In this document: in pieces, positions 30,566 to 41,892 of the stretch
How positions within the stretch are numbered: position 1 is the stretch's first letter
How the letters are laid out: every line of letters begins with the position of its first letter
NCBI GenBank assembly: GCA_000002445.1
Contig: CP000071.1
Span: 1,760,001-1,824,000 of the forward strand
Direction of reading: 5' to 3'
Length of the DNA: 64,000 nt
DNA from: Trypanosoma brucei
Lineage: Eukaryota
Notes under the pieces: generated by a model
Databases searched by the model: none
Told to the model about the DNA's origin: nothing
What the model saw: the letters and a program-made list of their open reading frames with translations, nothing else
Program-made: the position numbers and the translations under genes

Positions 30566-31562
30566 TTGTTGCGTGTACGTGTGCTCTTCAGACGGTGGGC
30601 CGTGTTAGGTCTTAATGGAGGTACTTGCATTATACACTCTCTGTTGTTTCATTAGTTCATTGTTCCCTTACCTATTCATACACACACACACATATATATA
30701 TATGCATGCCTTTTCCCCATCGTTTTTTTTGCTGCGCAGCAATAACTGAACTGGTAGAAAACCACTGAAGTAGGGGTTGACCTCCATCACAGAAGGGAGG
30801 GCACTTTTAATTTTTTTTGTTTAGGAACATCAAGCACACAAAAAAAAAAAGAAAAAAGAGAGGGAAAGAAAAGGGAGTAGGGAAGAAGTAAGCACGCCAT
30901 ATAGAGAAGCAGAAAGGGGGGGGGAAAATTTGTTTCTGTTCGGTTGTTCGGCTTCTCATTTGCTGTCGTTGGAGGTTTTTCCCACCACCAGCGGTATACT
31001 TTGTTACTCAGTTTGCCACTCGGAGGTATTCACCTTGTTCGCTGGTGTTTGCTCTGGTGTTTGGAACTTGGTTGTGGTGTCTCCCTTTTTGTGTGGGAGA
31101 GCTCGAACCATAGCGGAGAGGAAGAGGTATTAGTCAATACGCTTCTACTCTGCTCATCACACCACAAGATCGAACACTTTTGTTTTATATATACATCTAT
31201 ATATTTTAGCATATTTTTCCTTGACTTTGGTCCCTTTCTCACCATTGAGAAAGAAGGAGGAGTGGATTATCAGAAGGAAGAAAATATACAGAAACAAACA
31301 CACGGACACACAGAGGTTGGCAACAGAGGAACGAAAGAGTTAGAAAGAGCGAGTGAACGGTTTCATCCAATCTCTCTGAGAGAGGTCCGAGTAGAAAAAG
31401 AGGGAGAAAATATTTTCTAGGAGAACGGTAATACCAGCAGCAGCAGCAGCAACGATAAAGGAGACAATTGAGCGCGGAAGAGTGGAAAAGAAGGGCAAAA
31501 CTAAAAAAAAGTAGTAGGTCTTGAGAAAAAAACGGCATCTGGGACGAGGCAAAGAAGGGGAA

Positions 31563-32741
31563 ATGGCTCTATGTAACAGTCCTTCACGATGGCGTACTGT
31601 GTATTGCACTGGCGATAAACCGCCGGGGCGCATAGGGCATACACTCTGTGCGAATGCTGAAGAAACAAAAGTTTTCCTGTATGGAGGCGTTAATGACAAA
31701 TTTGAAAGCACTTCCAATTACCTCAACGACTATTATTCGTTTGACGTAACCACGAAGCGGTGGACGCATATCGAAATGAGTGGGGACACGCAAAGTGCCA
31801 GAGCGTTTCACTCAGCTGTTTTTTATGGTGGCTCCATTTACATCTTTGGTGGCTGCAATGGTAGGGGCCGGTTCAATAAGTTGTTCTCCATAACAGAAAA
31901 CGGTGTTTGCAAGCTGATAAGCTCTCAATCGGCTCCCGCTACACGGTATTGCCATAGTGCTGCGTCATTTGAAAACTGCATGTATATATTTGCCGGTAAG
32001 TGCGGCGGTAGAAATAGCAACAGGCGCCTCAGTGACCTTTTTTGCTTCAATTTCTCCACGGAGCAATGGTTCGAGTGCCCACAGCTCGGCACGAGACCAA
32101 CTGCCCGCTCCGCCCACGCTGCTTTTACGTGTGGACGGAATATGATTGTATTTGGTGGTCGTAATGCCGATGGCGAGTGCTGTGAGGATATGTACTCGTA
32201 CAATTATGACACGTTTATGTGGCGAAAGATTGAAGTGCCCAACGGTGGAGCATTTTTGGGGCGGGCACGTAACAGCGTTGTAGTGCATCACGGCAGGGTA
32301 GTGGTCTTCGGCGGGTGGAATGGCCGCAAGAAGCTCAATGATCTCTTTACTTATTTGGTAGACGCTAACATGGTGGAATTGTCACGTGATATGGAGGAGA
32401 ATTGCCCCTCACGACGGGAGTGCCACGTGGCAGTGGTTTGCAAGAATACGATGATAGTGTTCGGTGGGCGGTTCCGTGGAGACTTCATGTCTGACACAGC
32501 AGAGCTTGATTTGGGGCCTAAGTCACTGAAACAAATGTGCAGAGATTGGATTCTCGACGGCACCCTGTGCGATGATGACGATTCCACGGGCCTCAAACCC
32601 TTGACGCAAGGGCTTCGGCGGTTCGTTATAAGGTGGAAGGAACTGACAACGAAAACAGATCCCAATTATAAGAAACCGCAGTCGACGTATGGCCTTCATA
32701 CTGAAGCACTCTCATCTGACAGCAACTCTCAGCATGAATGA
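31563..32741 (+). CDS. Kelch-repeat (beta-propeller) protein
   Basis: Repeated Kelch signatures (GHTLCA...FLYGG; AFHSAVFYGGSIYIFGGCNG; YCHSAASFENCMYIFAGK; SAHAAFTCGRNMIVFGGRN; NSVVVHHGRVVVFGGWNG; HVAVVCKNTMIVFGGR). The ORF-track start is TTG; ATG is at 31563. Confidence 0.8.
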   Translation: MALCNSPSRWRTVYCTGDKPPGRIGHTLCANAEETKVFLYGGVNDKFESTSNYLNDYYSFDVTTKRWTHIEMSGDTQSARAFHSAVFYGGSIYIFGGCNGRGRFNKLFSITENGVCKLISSQSAPATRYCHSAASFENCMYIFAGKCGGRNSNRRLSDLFCFNFSTEQWFECPQLGTRPTARSAHAAFTCGRNMIVFGGRNADGECCEDMYSYNYDTFMWRKIEVPNGGAFLGRARNSVVVHHGRVVVFGGWNGRKKLNDLFTYLVDANMVELSRDMEENCPSRRECHVAVVCKNTMIVFGGRFRGDFMSDTAELDLGPKSLKQMCRDWILDGTLCDDDDSTGLKPLTQGLRRFVIRWKELTTKTDPNYKKPQSTYGLHTEALSSDSNSQHE

Positions 32742-33584
32742 GTTGTATGAAAGGTATAAGTAATACACAGGCGCATACGATCCAAGCACAGGTATGTGTG
32801 GATGGCATATGAGAGAGGTGAAAAGCGTGAGGGAGAGTACGCCAGCATTTGAAAATAACGGCTGTTTGCTTTCATGGTCCTCTTTTCCTCCCTTGTTATT
32901 ACCATCTCCCTTCAACCATTCCTTCTTCACAGCAGTTACATGCCCCGTGCACATTACTTTTAGCTTTTTGTGTGTGCGCAGTAGAGTGAATGGGTGCATG
33001 GGAAGGTGAGGAGGGGGAGTGGGAAAATGCTGCGAGCAGGATCGGAAGCCACATCGCTGGATTGCGCCTTTCTTGTTTTTTGTTTTGTTTTTTTGTAAAA
33101 AAAAAAAAAAGAAGAAGGGGAGGAGGGAGAAAAACAAAAAAGGCAAAGGAAGGGAGGGCGCACACAATGTTGTTTCAGCGCTCGGCCCACGTTAATAAGT
33201 CACATGTCCGACTGTGCGTAGATGTGCGTATGCCGACGGCATTAGCAGAGTTGGTGGAATCGTTTTTATGTCATGGTAGAATGTCGACGAAGTATATATA
33301 CTATTGGATTGCGCATATTTTATTTCCTTACATATTCCAGATCTATCTCTTTATACATTTTCTTTCTTTCAATTGTAAAAAAAGGGGGGAGGGAGAAGAA
33401 GAAAAGAAAAGAAAAGAAAAGGAGGCGGAATGTAAATTTACGCAATTATGGGGGAAAAGAGAGGGATAAACAAGCAAACAGGAGAAAGGAATGGTTGGTG
33501 AGGTGAAGGGAACTGCAAAACGAAAAGAAAAAAAAGGAAAAATTGTGTAGAATGTGAAATGAGGGAAATTTGTGTATACGTATG

Positions 33585-33621
33585 TATATATATATATATA
33601 TACATTTATTTATTTATTTAT
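33585..33621. repeat. (TA)n followed by (TTTA)n
   Basis: tatatatatatatatatacatttatttatttattta. Confidence 0.85.
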
Positions 33622-34674
33622 GGGAGGGGGGGTGGTACAGCCACTATCATGAGTTTGTTCTTATGGAAAGAAGGGCAAGTCAGGTGAAAGGAGTTTTTGT
33701 TTTTGTTTTTGTTTTGTTTCTAATGTGTGCGCCAAAAGGTGTACGGGTGCTGGTGGGCGCGGGAAGAGGAAAAAGGGAAAAGGGAAAGTGGTGGATTCCC
33801 ATTCATTGAAAGAAGAGGAGAAGGAGAGCCAAACACGGCTCCCACGTTTTGCGTTTCTGTTGTGATGTGAAGATACACATGTTATTATACCCTAGTCTTG
33901 TACTTCTTTTTTGTTTCCGTATCATTTACCTTGAAAAGGTGAAGAAAAAGAAAAGGGAATTAACAATATAAGAATGTGGCATACTCTTTGCGTCTCCCTC
34001 TCTTCCCCATTGTTTCCTAACCTACTCGCCCACCTGATTTGCCTTCCCCCTCCCTTCGGACTTTGAGTCTGACGTTTTCAGTTCGATCCTCTTATGTTGC
34101 ATTCTTCTCATTTTTTTTTCTTTCCTGAGGGCGGGGAATAGCGGGGTGAAAATGTTTCGTACATGTGAGGCACGTGACGAATTAACTGCAGGAGAAAATA
34201 GTGGTAAGATGACAAAGGAGAAAATCCTAGTGAATTAGTGGACCCTGATCCAGGGGTCTTAGTGTTGTCATTCTTTTTTTTGTTTTTTTTTGATCTCTCC
34301 TCATCGTCATTTTGTTTCATGTTCGTATCTTGTCCGCGTTGAAACTTGCAACGCCGCAAACCCCCACAAGCCCCCACACACATACGTTGGTAATGTAATG
34401 TTGTGTTGCACATCTTTCGGTTCTGCATGCGGAGCTCTCTCTCTCTCTTTCTTTTTTCTTTTATTCTGTGCCCCTTTGGTTATTTTTAATTTCGTCTTTC
34501 TTCTTTTTGGAGCGTTTGCCGCGCGCTTCTCTCCCTCCCGTCTCCCCCTCATCTTTTGGTTCGGTTTACTTTCCCCTCTCTTTATGCGCAAAAATCCCTA
34601 AATTTTTTCCTTTTCCTCTTCGGGCGCAGCCGGGAGGATTGTCACACGTGGGCGCAAAGACTTACCCTTTTACT

Positions 34675-34695
34675 CATATATATATATATATATAT
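34675..34695. repeat. (TA)n microsatellite
   Basis: catatatatatatatatatat. Confidence 0.9.
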
Positions 34696-35600
34696 GTGCT
34701 TTAACTCTGTTTTGTACGTGTGCCTCTTTTTTGTGTTCCCATCGCTGCACTTCCCTAATCCCTCTTGTGCGCGTTTTGGGGATGATATGGGAGGTTTCGT
34801 GTCATCGAGTAGGTGAAAGGAATACGGGATGTGACTCGCCCGATTCACTTCTATCCCTTTCGCTTTCAGGTGGTCACATTCTTGACGGCATGTCGGCGCA
34901 AAAAAGAAAAAAGAAAAAAAAAAGAGCGCACACACATGTACACGCATCACATCGCCACTGGGGGAAGATCGATTGGTGATGTTATGTGCCGGACGGAAGG
35001 GAAAGAAGGGGAAGCTAAAATAAAAGTATGACTTTAAAGCGATGAAAACACGTGTTAGTCTTCGAGTGGGTGGTGTTCAGGTGGAAAGCTATGCGACTGT
35101 TTGCTGATTATTTCGGTTTCTTCCTCTGTCGTTACTACTACTGCTGTTATCGACGTTGTTGTTGCTGTTGTCGCCTCCACTTCTTCTGCTTTAACTTGGT
35201 GCCCACTTCCCTTTTTCTCCCTTTCCTTTTTGCCCTACTGTCATAAGTCTAAACAGGAACAACTATCACCACCACCATTGCTACTCGAGGTGTAGCTTGA
35301 TCTGTCAACCACCATGGAACGCTCGAAGCACGTAACATCAAATTAGCAAAAAAAATTAACTTGGAAATGGTGTTCCCCCCCTTATCTAAGAGCAAATATT
35401 ATTGACAAGGTTGTTGTGTTACTTGAAGGCGGCTAATAGTTGCGATGGCTGCTATTCCTATACTTGATATGTTACTGCTTTATGCAAACTCTGCTCTTCT
35501 TGACTTATAACTTGTTTCGATTTCTTTATTTATAATAATCTCCATTCTTTTTTTTTTCGTGACTAACACAATTGCAACAAGAGTAGGAGAGACCGAAACC

Positions 35601-36263
35601 ATGGGAATCGTTCGTAGCCGTCTGCACAAGCGGAAGATCACCGGTGGAAAGACCAAGATCCACCGGAAGCGCATGAAGGCTGAGCTTGGCCGTCTTCCCG
35701 CTAACACGAAGCTCGGTCCTCGCCGCGTCAGTCCCGTGCGTGCCCGCGGTGGTAACTTTAAGCTCCGCGGCTTGCGTCTCGACACCGGCAACTTCGCGTG
35801 GGGAACTGAAGCTTCTGCCCAGCGTGCTCGTATTCTTGACGTTGTATACAACGCTACATCTAATGAGCTTGTGCGTACGAAGACGCTCGTTAAGAACTGC
35901 ATTGTGGTTGTGGATGCAGCGCCCTTCAGGCTTTGGTATGCCAAACACTACGGTATCGACCTTGGCGCTTCCAAGTCGAAGAAAGCTACGCAGAAATCGA
36001 CAGAAAAGAAGTCCAAGAAGAGTGCTCACGCCGCTGTTGAAAAGTATGACGTGAAGAAGGCGTCCAGCAAGCTGAAGCGCAAGTGGGAATACCGGAGGAA
36101 GCACCACAAGATTGAGAAGGCATTGGCTGATCAGTTGCGTGAGGGTCGTCTTCTCGCCCGCATCACGAGCCGCCCAGGTCAAACTGGCCGTGCGGACGGT
36201 GCGCTTCTGGAGGGCGCTGAGTTGCAGTTCTACCTGAAGAAGCTCGACAAGAAGAAGCGTTAG
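35601..36263 (+). CDS. RPS8: 40S ribosomal protein S8 (eS8), copy 1
   Basis: MGIVRSRLHKRKITGGKTKIHRKRMKAELGRLPANTKLGPRRVSPVRARGGNFKLRGLRLDTGNFAWGTEA... is the canonical eS8. 220 aa. Confidence 0.95.
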   Translation: MGIVRSRLHKRKITGGKTKIHRKRMKAELGRLPANTKLGPRRVSPVRARGGNFKLRGLRLDTGNFAWGTEASAQRARILDVVYNATSNELVRTKTLVKNCIVVVDAAPFRLWYAKHYGIDLGASKSKKATQKSTEKKSKKSAHAAVEKYDVKKASSKLKRKWEYRRKHHKIEKALADQLREGRLLARITSRPGQTGRADGALLEGAELQFYLKKLDKKKR

Positions 36264-36602
36264 GAGGCGTTATGAAACCATGGTATCTTGTTTGGGCGCT
36301 CACCCGCTCGTATTTTTGTTTTTTTCTCTTTTCGTAAATCATTTACGTCGGTACTTTTTATCTTTATCACTAATGACTGTTTTAAACGTAACAGACATAT
36401 GATAAGATAATTTCGGTGCTTTGTGTGGATGGGCCGGCCTCTAAAGGCGGCTTATCATCGGAAGATACTAACATGTTATAGTGGCATTCTTGCCGGGTTA
36501 CATACGCATTGTCCCCTTTCTTTTCTACATTTTTTTCCTTCGTCACTGCACCCACTACTTGGTAATTAAAACCTTTAAAACAAATAATTGACAAAAGAAA
36601 CC

Positions 36603-37265
36603 ATGGGAATCGTTCGTAGCCGTCTGCACAAGCGGAAGATCACCGGTGGAAAGACCAAGATCCACCGGAAGCGCATGAAGGCTGAGCTTGGCCGTCTTCC
36701 CGCTAACACGAAGCTCGGTCCTCGCCGCGTCAGTCCCGTGCGTGCCCGCGGTGGTAACTTTAAGCTTCGCGGCTTGCGTCTCGACACCGGAAACTTCGCG
36801 TGGGGAACTGAAGCTTCTGCCCAGCGTGCTCGTATTCTTGACGTTGTATACAACGCTACATCTAATGAGCTTGTGCGTACGAAGACGCTCGTTAAGAACT
36901 GCATTGTGGTTGTGGATGCAGCGCCCTTCAGGCTTTGGTATGCCAAACACTACGGTATCGACCTTGGCGCTTCCAAGTCGAAGAAAGCTACGCAGAAATC
37001 GACAGAAAAGAAGTCCAAGAAGAGTGCTCACGCCGCTGTTGAAAAGTATGACGTGAAGAAGGCGTCCAGCAAGCTGAAGCGCAAGTGGGAATACCGGAGG
37101 AAGCACCACAAGATTGAGAAGGCATTGGCTGATCAGTTGCGTGAGGGTCGTCTTCTCGCCCGCATCACGAGCCGCCCAGGTCAAACTGGCCGTGCGGACG
37201 GTGCGCTTCTGGAGGGCGCTGAGTTGCAGTTCTACCTGAAGAAGCTCGACAAGAAGAAGCGTTAG
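36603..37265 (+). CDS. RPS8: 40S ribosomal protein S8 (eS8), copy 2
   Basis: Identical protein to copy 1. Confidence 0.95.
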   Translation: MGIVRSRLHKRKITGGKTKIHRKRMKAELGRLPANTKLGPRRVSPVRARGGNFKLRGLRLDTGNFAWGTEASAQRARILDVVYNATSNELVRTKTLVKNCIVVVDAAPFRLWYAKHYGIDLGASKSKKATQKSTEKKSKKSAHAAVEKYDVKKASSKLKRKWEYRRKHHKIEKALADQLREGRLLARITSRPGQTGRADGALLEGAELQFYLKKLDKKKR

Positions 37266-37300
37266 GAGGCGTTATGAAACCATGGTATCTTGTTTGGGCA

Positions 37301-37420
37301 GTCATTTTGTTTGTTGTTCTTTTTTTTTCTCTCCACTGAAACAATCTGATGCGCCATTTCTTTTTCTCTCATACTTTCAAACAACTTTTGTGACCTCACC
37401 GTTCCTTCGCCCTCCCACAG
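37301..37420 (+). promoter_or_regulatory. Polypyrimidine tract ending in cacag; putative trans-splice acceptor region for transketolase
   Basis: gtttgttgttctttttttttctctccact...ttctttttctctcatactttc...ccttcgccctcccacag. Confidence 0.45.
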
Positions 37421-37667
37421 GGGGAGCAAAGTCTTTTCAACGTTCCGAGGGCATCTATGAACGAAAGGAGTGCAAAAAAATCAGCTGGCTGTTTTCCCCC
37501 TTTTTCCTTTTTCATTCTGTTGATCGTGAACGCGTGTGTGGCGTTGTGAAAATTGCAAAAATAAGGACAGACACGAGCATATACACCAACACACCCGGAA
37601 AAAAAACCTTGTACTTAAAAGGAATATCACGTACTGAACACAGAGCATTGACCAAAGACGATTATTT

Positions 37668-39677
37668 ATGTCGTTTAATGATAACCTGGCCACCAACAGC
37701 ATTCGCTGTCTCGCCGCTGACGGCGTCCAGCAGGCAAAAAGTGGGCACCCGGGTGCGCCTATGGGAATGGCACCTATCGCATATGTTCTGTGGTCTGAAG
37801 TAATGAAGTTTGACAGCAAAGACCCGGAGTGGATCGACCGTGACCGCTTTGTCCTTTCTAACGGGCATGCGTCCATGCTTCAGTATGTCATGCTGCACTT
37901 GAGCGGTTATGATCTTTCCATGGATGATCTCAAAAAGTTCCGTCAGTTGAACTCTCGCACGCCTGGTCATCCCGAACGCGGTGTGACGCCTGGAGTTGAG
38001 GTTACCACCGGTCCACTTGGACAGGGCATTGCTCAAGGCGTTGGACTTGCCATTGCAGAGGCCCAACTGGCGGCAACGTACAACCGTCCAGGCTACAACA
38101 TCATAGATCACTGGACGTATGTGTTCTGTGGTGACGGTTGCCTCATGGAGGGCATCGGGCAAGAGGCTCTTTCTCTTGCGGGTCACCTCGGTCTTGAAAA
38201 ACTGGTCGTTGTGTATGACTCGAACCGTATCAGCATCGATGGAAGCACTGATATTGCCTTCACCGAAGATGCAGCCAAAAAGTACGAGGCACTCGGCTTC
38301 CACGTTATTCCGGTGAGTAATGGGGATTCAGACTTCACTGCACTGCGCGCGGCATTTGCTGAATGCAAGCAAATCAAAGGACGCCCTAAGTTGGTGATAG
38401 TTAACACAACCATCGGGTACGGTTGCCGGTTGGCGGGGTCTGAGAAGGCACATGGTGCACCTCTTGGTGATGACGAAGTGGCACGTGTGAAAGAACAGTT
38501 TGGTCTTGATCCCACCAAGAAATTCCATGTGCAACCGGAGGTTTACGGGATATTCGGTAAGAACGCTGAGAGGGGTGCCTCCCGTCATGAAGAGTGGCGT
38601 GTGCGAATGAGGAAATACACCGAGGAATTTCCACAGGAGGCGGATGCTCTGCAGAACCAACTTGATTTCAAACTGCCCCCCGACTGGAAGTCGAAATTGC
38701 CACTCAATGACAAGTCCATTGCCACGCGGAAGGCTAGTGAGAATGCCCTTGGAGCCCTTTTAACTCTGACCCCAGCTTTGGTAGGTGGTTCCGCAGACCT
38801 ATCTCCCAGCAACCTCACACGCCCGGGTTCAGCCCAGATGGTTGACTTCCAAAAGGACACTCCGCATGGGCGCTACATCCGGTACGGTGTACGTGAGCAT
38901 GCGATGTGCGCTGTCATGAACGGCATGCACGCTCACGGAGGCTTTGTTCCATATGGCGGCACCTTTCTGAATTTCATTGGCTATGCCCTGGGTGCTGTGC
39001 GCCTTGCCTCACTGGCTCACCATCATGTTGTGTACGTGGCTACTCATGATAGTATTGGTGTCGGGGAGGACGGCCCGACTCATCAACCGGTGGAACTGTT
39101 GGCACTGTTGCGTGCCACACCCAACTTATTGGTATTCCGCCCAAGTGACCAGACGGAGACAAGTGCAGCGTGGGCCCTGGCTCTGGAGAACACAAGGGGC
39201 CCGTCCATTCTCTGCTTGAGCAGGCAAAATACCGTGCCGCAGCCGACCTCTAAGCTGGAGGGTGTGGCGAAGGGAGCTTACATCCTGATCCCGGCAGAGA
39301 AGCCGCAGCTCATCATTGTTTCAAGCGGTTCGGAGGTTTCAATTGCAGTTGATGCCGCGAAGGCCCTCAGTTCGGAAGTGCGCACCACCGTTGTGTCGAT
39401 GCCTTGCCAGGAGTTATTTGAGCTGCAGCCAGTTGGATATCAGCAAAAAGTATTCCCTGAAGGCGTGCCTGTTATCTCCATTGAGCCGTTTGTTAGCACG
39501 GGTTGGGAAAGATATTCGCACTACCACATTGGTATGGAGGGCTTCGGTGCCTCTGCGCCAGCCGATCAACTGTACGAGTACTTCAACATCACCGTTAATC
39601 ATGCCGTTGAGGTTGGCCGAAAGCTCGCCAAGAAGTACGTAGGGGGTACAGCGCCAGCGAAGCGGTCCCATTTGTGA
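37668..39677 (+). CDS. TKT: Transketolase with C-terminal PTS1 tripeptide SHL (glycosomal/peroxisomal targeting)
   Basis: Thiamine diphosphate motifs (GHPGAPMGMAPIAYVLW; GDGCLMEGIGQEALSLAGHLGL); 669 aa; terminal ...PAKRSHL*. Confidence 0.97.
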   Translation: MSFNDNLATNSIRCLAADGVQQAKSGHPGAPMGMAPIAYVLWSEVMKFDSKDPEWIDRDRFVLSNGHASMLQYVMLHLSGYDLSMDDLKKFRQLNSRTPGHPERGVTPGVEVTTGPLGQGIAQGVGLAIAEAQLAATYNRPGYNIIDHWTYVFCGDGCLMEGIGQEALSLAGHLGLEKLVVVYDSNRISIDGSTDIAFTEDAAKKYEALGFHVIPVSNGDSDFTALRAAFAECKQIKGRPKLVIVNTTIGYGCRLAGSEKAHGAPLGDDEVARVKEQFGLDPTKKFHVQPEVYGIFGKNAERGASRHEEWRVRMRKYTEEFPQEADALQNQLDFKLPPDWKSKLPLNDKSIATRKASENALGALLTLTPALVGGSADLSPSNLTRPGSAQMVDFQKDTPHGRYIRYGVREHAMCAVMNGMHAHGGFVPYGGTFLNFIGYALGAVRLASLAHHHVVYVATHDSIGVGEDGPTHQPVELLALLRATPNLLVFRPSDQTETSAAWALALENTRGPSILCLSRQNTVPQPTSKLEGVAKGAYILIPAEKPQLIIVSSGSEVSIAVDAAKALSSEVRTTVVSMPCQELFELQPVGYQQKVFPEGVPVISIEPFVSTGWERYSHYHIGMEGFGASAPADQLYEYFNITVNHAVEVGRKLAKKYVGGTAPAKRSHL

Positions 39678-40752
39678 GGTGGAGTGTTTGCCTTGTGAAC
39701 GTGCCATGCACGCACGCCCATCGAAGTTCAATCTTGTTTTATGTCGTCATACGTACGTATAAGTTGTTTTATTTATTTTTTAAAAATCCTAACGTCTACA
39801 CGTTTTCCTTGCTTAATGGTTTGCTTTTGCCATGTTTTATCGACAATTATCTTCACCACCACCATCATTCCAGGGCTGGAAGGCTCTGTGTATGCGCACC
39901 CGGTTGCCACCCATTGGAGGGAACATATCTGTGGAATATGGGCGGCAAGACGCAAAACCAAGAAAACAGGAGAAGGGGAAAGATTATGATTCATGTGCTT
40001 GCTGTTACAACCAATATAATTACGATGGAAGCATCATTAAAGGGTGTAACTGGAAGAAACTGAGGAAGTGAACGAACTCAATTAAGAAAGGGGTAAACAA
40101 TGTAGACATGGGCGGGGAAAGGGAGAGGAGCGAGGTTGTGTGCAATACATTTCGTTCGTTAGGCACACAAAACGATTCAGTTTATGTATTTTTTTTCTTC
40201 TTTTGATTTTGTTGATTTATTATCGAAGTACACCTTTGTTGCTTTCGCTTTTGACTATTATGCTAGCGCTGAGGAGTTAACTGAGCGTCACGAGTTTAGC
40301 GCCTATTAAACTGTCTATTTTTTCTGTTTAATTATATTTTTCATTTCTACTCTCCTTTCCTTCAGCCCCTGCACACACTCCTTTGGGGAGCAGTAGGGAC
40401 GGAAAGGATTAGCGATGCGTTTTTTTTTTCCTTTTTTGATTCTCCAGGAAAACGGAGGAAACCGACTTCCATGTGTTCAAATGAATACATGAGGTTTGTG
40501 TAAGCCAGAAGGAGGCACGTCCAGGTTTGCGGTTGCCTCTTACATCAATCTGTTCCACCACGGAATGCTGCTGCAGCCATCGCAGTAGTTAACTTTGCAT
40601 GTTGTAATTGGCTGCAACCTCTTGTCGTATTTTCTCCCTTCCTCCCTTCCCTCTTTCTTTTTTCTTTTTTGTCTTTCCCTTTCGCCTCTTAACTTTATGC
40701 ATCTGGCAATCGGTATTATCATCTTCCTTTAGCGCCGCACAATCAACCATAT

Positions 40753-41184
40753 ATGGTCGGCATTAAGTGTAGGAACCGCCGAAAGGCCCGTCGCGCACAC
40801 TTCCAAGCGCCCAGTCATGTCCGCCGCATCCTCATGAGTGCCCCACTCTCTAAGGAGCTACGCGCCAAGTACAACGTGCGCTCGATGCCTGTGCGTAAAG
40901 ACGACGAGGTGCGTGTTAAGCGTGGGAAATTCAAGGGCCGTGAGGGCAGAGTCACCGCATGCTACCGCCTCAAGTGGGTTATTCACATTGACAAGGTGAG
41001 TTGCGAGAAGGCGAATGGCACCACTGTTCCCGTCGGTGTACACACCTCCAACGTGGAGATCACGAAACTGAAGCTCAACACCAGGCGGAAGGCAATCCTC
41101 GAGCGCAAGGACCGCAGCACAAAGGCCGACAAATCGAAGGGTAAAGTTACCGCCGCTGAGAAGGCCATGCAGCAAATGGACTAA
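40753..41184 (+). CDS. RPL26: 60S ribosomal protein L26 (uL24)
   Basis: [59 protein letters not shown]...[24 protein letters not shown] collinear with eukaryotic L26. Confidence 0.95.
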   Translation: MVGIKCRNRRKARRAHFQAPSHVRRILMSAPLSKELRAKYNVRSMPVRKDDEVRVKRGKFKGREGRVTACYRLKWVIHIDKVSCEKANGTTVPVGVHTSNVEITKLKLNTRRKAILERKDRSTKADKSKGKVTAAEKAMQQMD

Positions 41185-41628
41185 GCGAATCAAAGGAAAA
41201 CCAGAGGCCCTACCAGCAGTGCCAAATTGGAAATCAATAACCCGAAGGGTGGGGAAGCGGCGAACTTTGGAAGACTGTAAACCAAGATTGGTTGCGTAGT
41301 GTGCTGCGTTTGCTTTTTTTTTCTTTCGTTTTTATTTCTTAAATAATGTCGTTTTTTCATTTTCATGAAAGCTGACAAATTATTTTAAACAAAAAATAAA
41401 GGGAAAGGGGGAAATGAGTTTCCTTCATATCCAATGCATGTTATGGGATACCGCCATTTCTTACGGCACGCAGCAGTTGTTGCTCAATCACTGTGAAATC
41501 TTCTTTCTTTTTTTTTTCCACCTGCCTTCACGCTACAACACATAAATCATTTCGCTATGGCGTATATTTTGTCCATGTGCGTGGCAGAGAAGCAAAAGGA
41601 AGAAGGATAGGCCCAACCACTTCCGGCA

Positions 41629-41892
41629 ATGTTTCGCATGACTCGGCTGCGCATGGCCATTACTGCAGCTGATATTGAGGCGAAACTAAGAAACAGCGAG
41701 AAACTCAAACCCGTGCATGGCGTAAAAGTAGTGGACGTGAGCGGTGGTTGCGGGAGTTTCTTCAACATCACGGTAACATCTGCAGCATTCCGTGACCGGT
41801 CGTTGGTGCAGCAACATCGTCTGGTAAATGAAGTGCTGAAGGGAGAAATTCCCCTGATTCATGGTTTTTCACTCACGACTAAGGTGGAATGA
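41629..41892 (+). CDS. BolA-like protein
   Basis: VKVVDVSGGCGSFFNITVTSAAFRDRSLVQQHRLVNEVLKGEIPLIHGFSLTT matches the BolA fold signature (D.SGGCG..F...V.S..F.G.S.V.RHR.V...L...IHA). 87 aa with a basic N-terminus. Confidence 0.7.
   Translation: MFRMTRLRMAITAADIEAKLRNSEKLKPVHGVKVVDVSGGCGSFFNITVTSAAFRDRSLVQQHRLVNEVLKGEIPLIHGFSLTTKVE

Larger units (their letters stand above)
35594..37310 (+). repeat. Tandem duplication (period 1002 bp) carrying two RPS8 genes and about 45 bp of identical 3' flank
   Basis: Copies align from gaaaccatgggaatcg through ggaggcgttatgaaaccatggtatcttgtttgggc. Only a few synonymous differences separate them (e.g. 35765 c vs 36767 t; 35789 c vs 36791 a). Confidence 0.92.

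Noticed and set aside
32712-33469. ORFs 32712..33167 (-) and 32990..33469 (+) in the 32.7-35.6 kb spacer
   Set aside because: Lys/Glu/Gly or Phe/Leu homopolymer-like translations of A/G-rich and T-rich runs.
34070-34095. tRNA-like T-loop motif cagTTCGATCCtc
   Set aside because: No complementary T-stem (tttca vs cctct) and no acceptor/anticodon arms in the flanks; isolated motif.
36396-36455. 8-bp inverted repeat atgataag ... cttatcat in the RPS8 inter-copy spacer (possible hairpin or snoRNA)
   Set aside because: A single 8-bp complementarity with a ~45-nt loop is expected by chance in a 340-bp spacer. No box C/D or H/ACA elements recognisable.
35526-37184. Minus-strand ORFs 35526..36182 and 36555..37184 (two near-identical 209-218 aa products)
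   Set aside because: They are antisense to the two RPS8 copies and duplicated only because RPS8 is duplicated. The + strand product is a textbook eS8.
37662-38303. 213-aa minus-strand ORF overlapping the transketolase 5' region
   Set aside because: Antisense to a strongly conserved enzyme CDS; no independent support.
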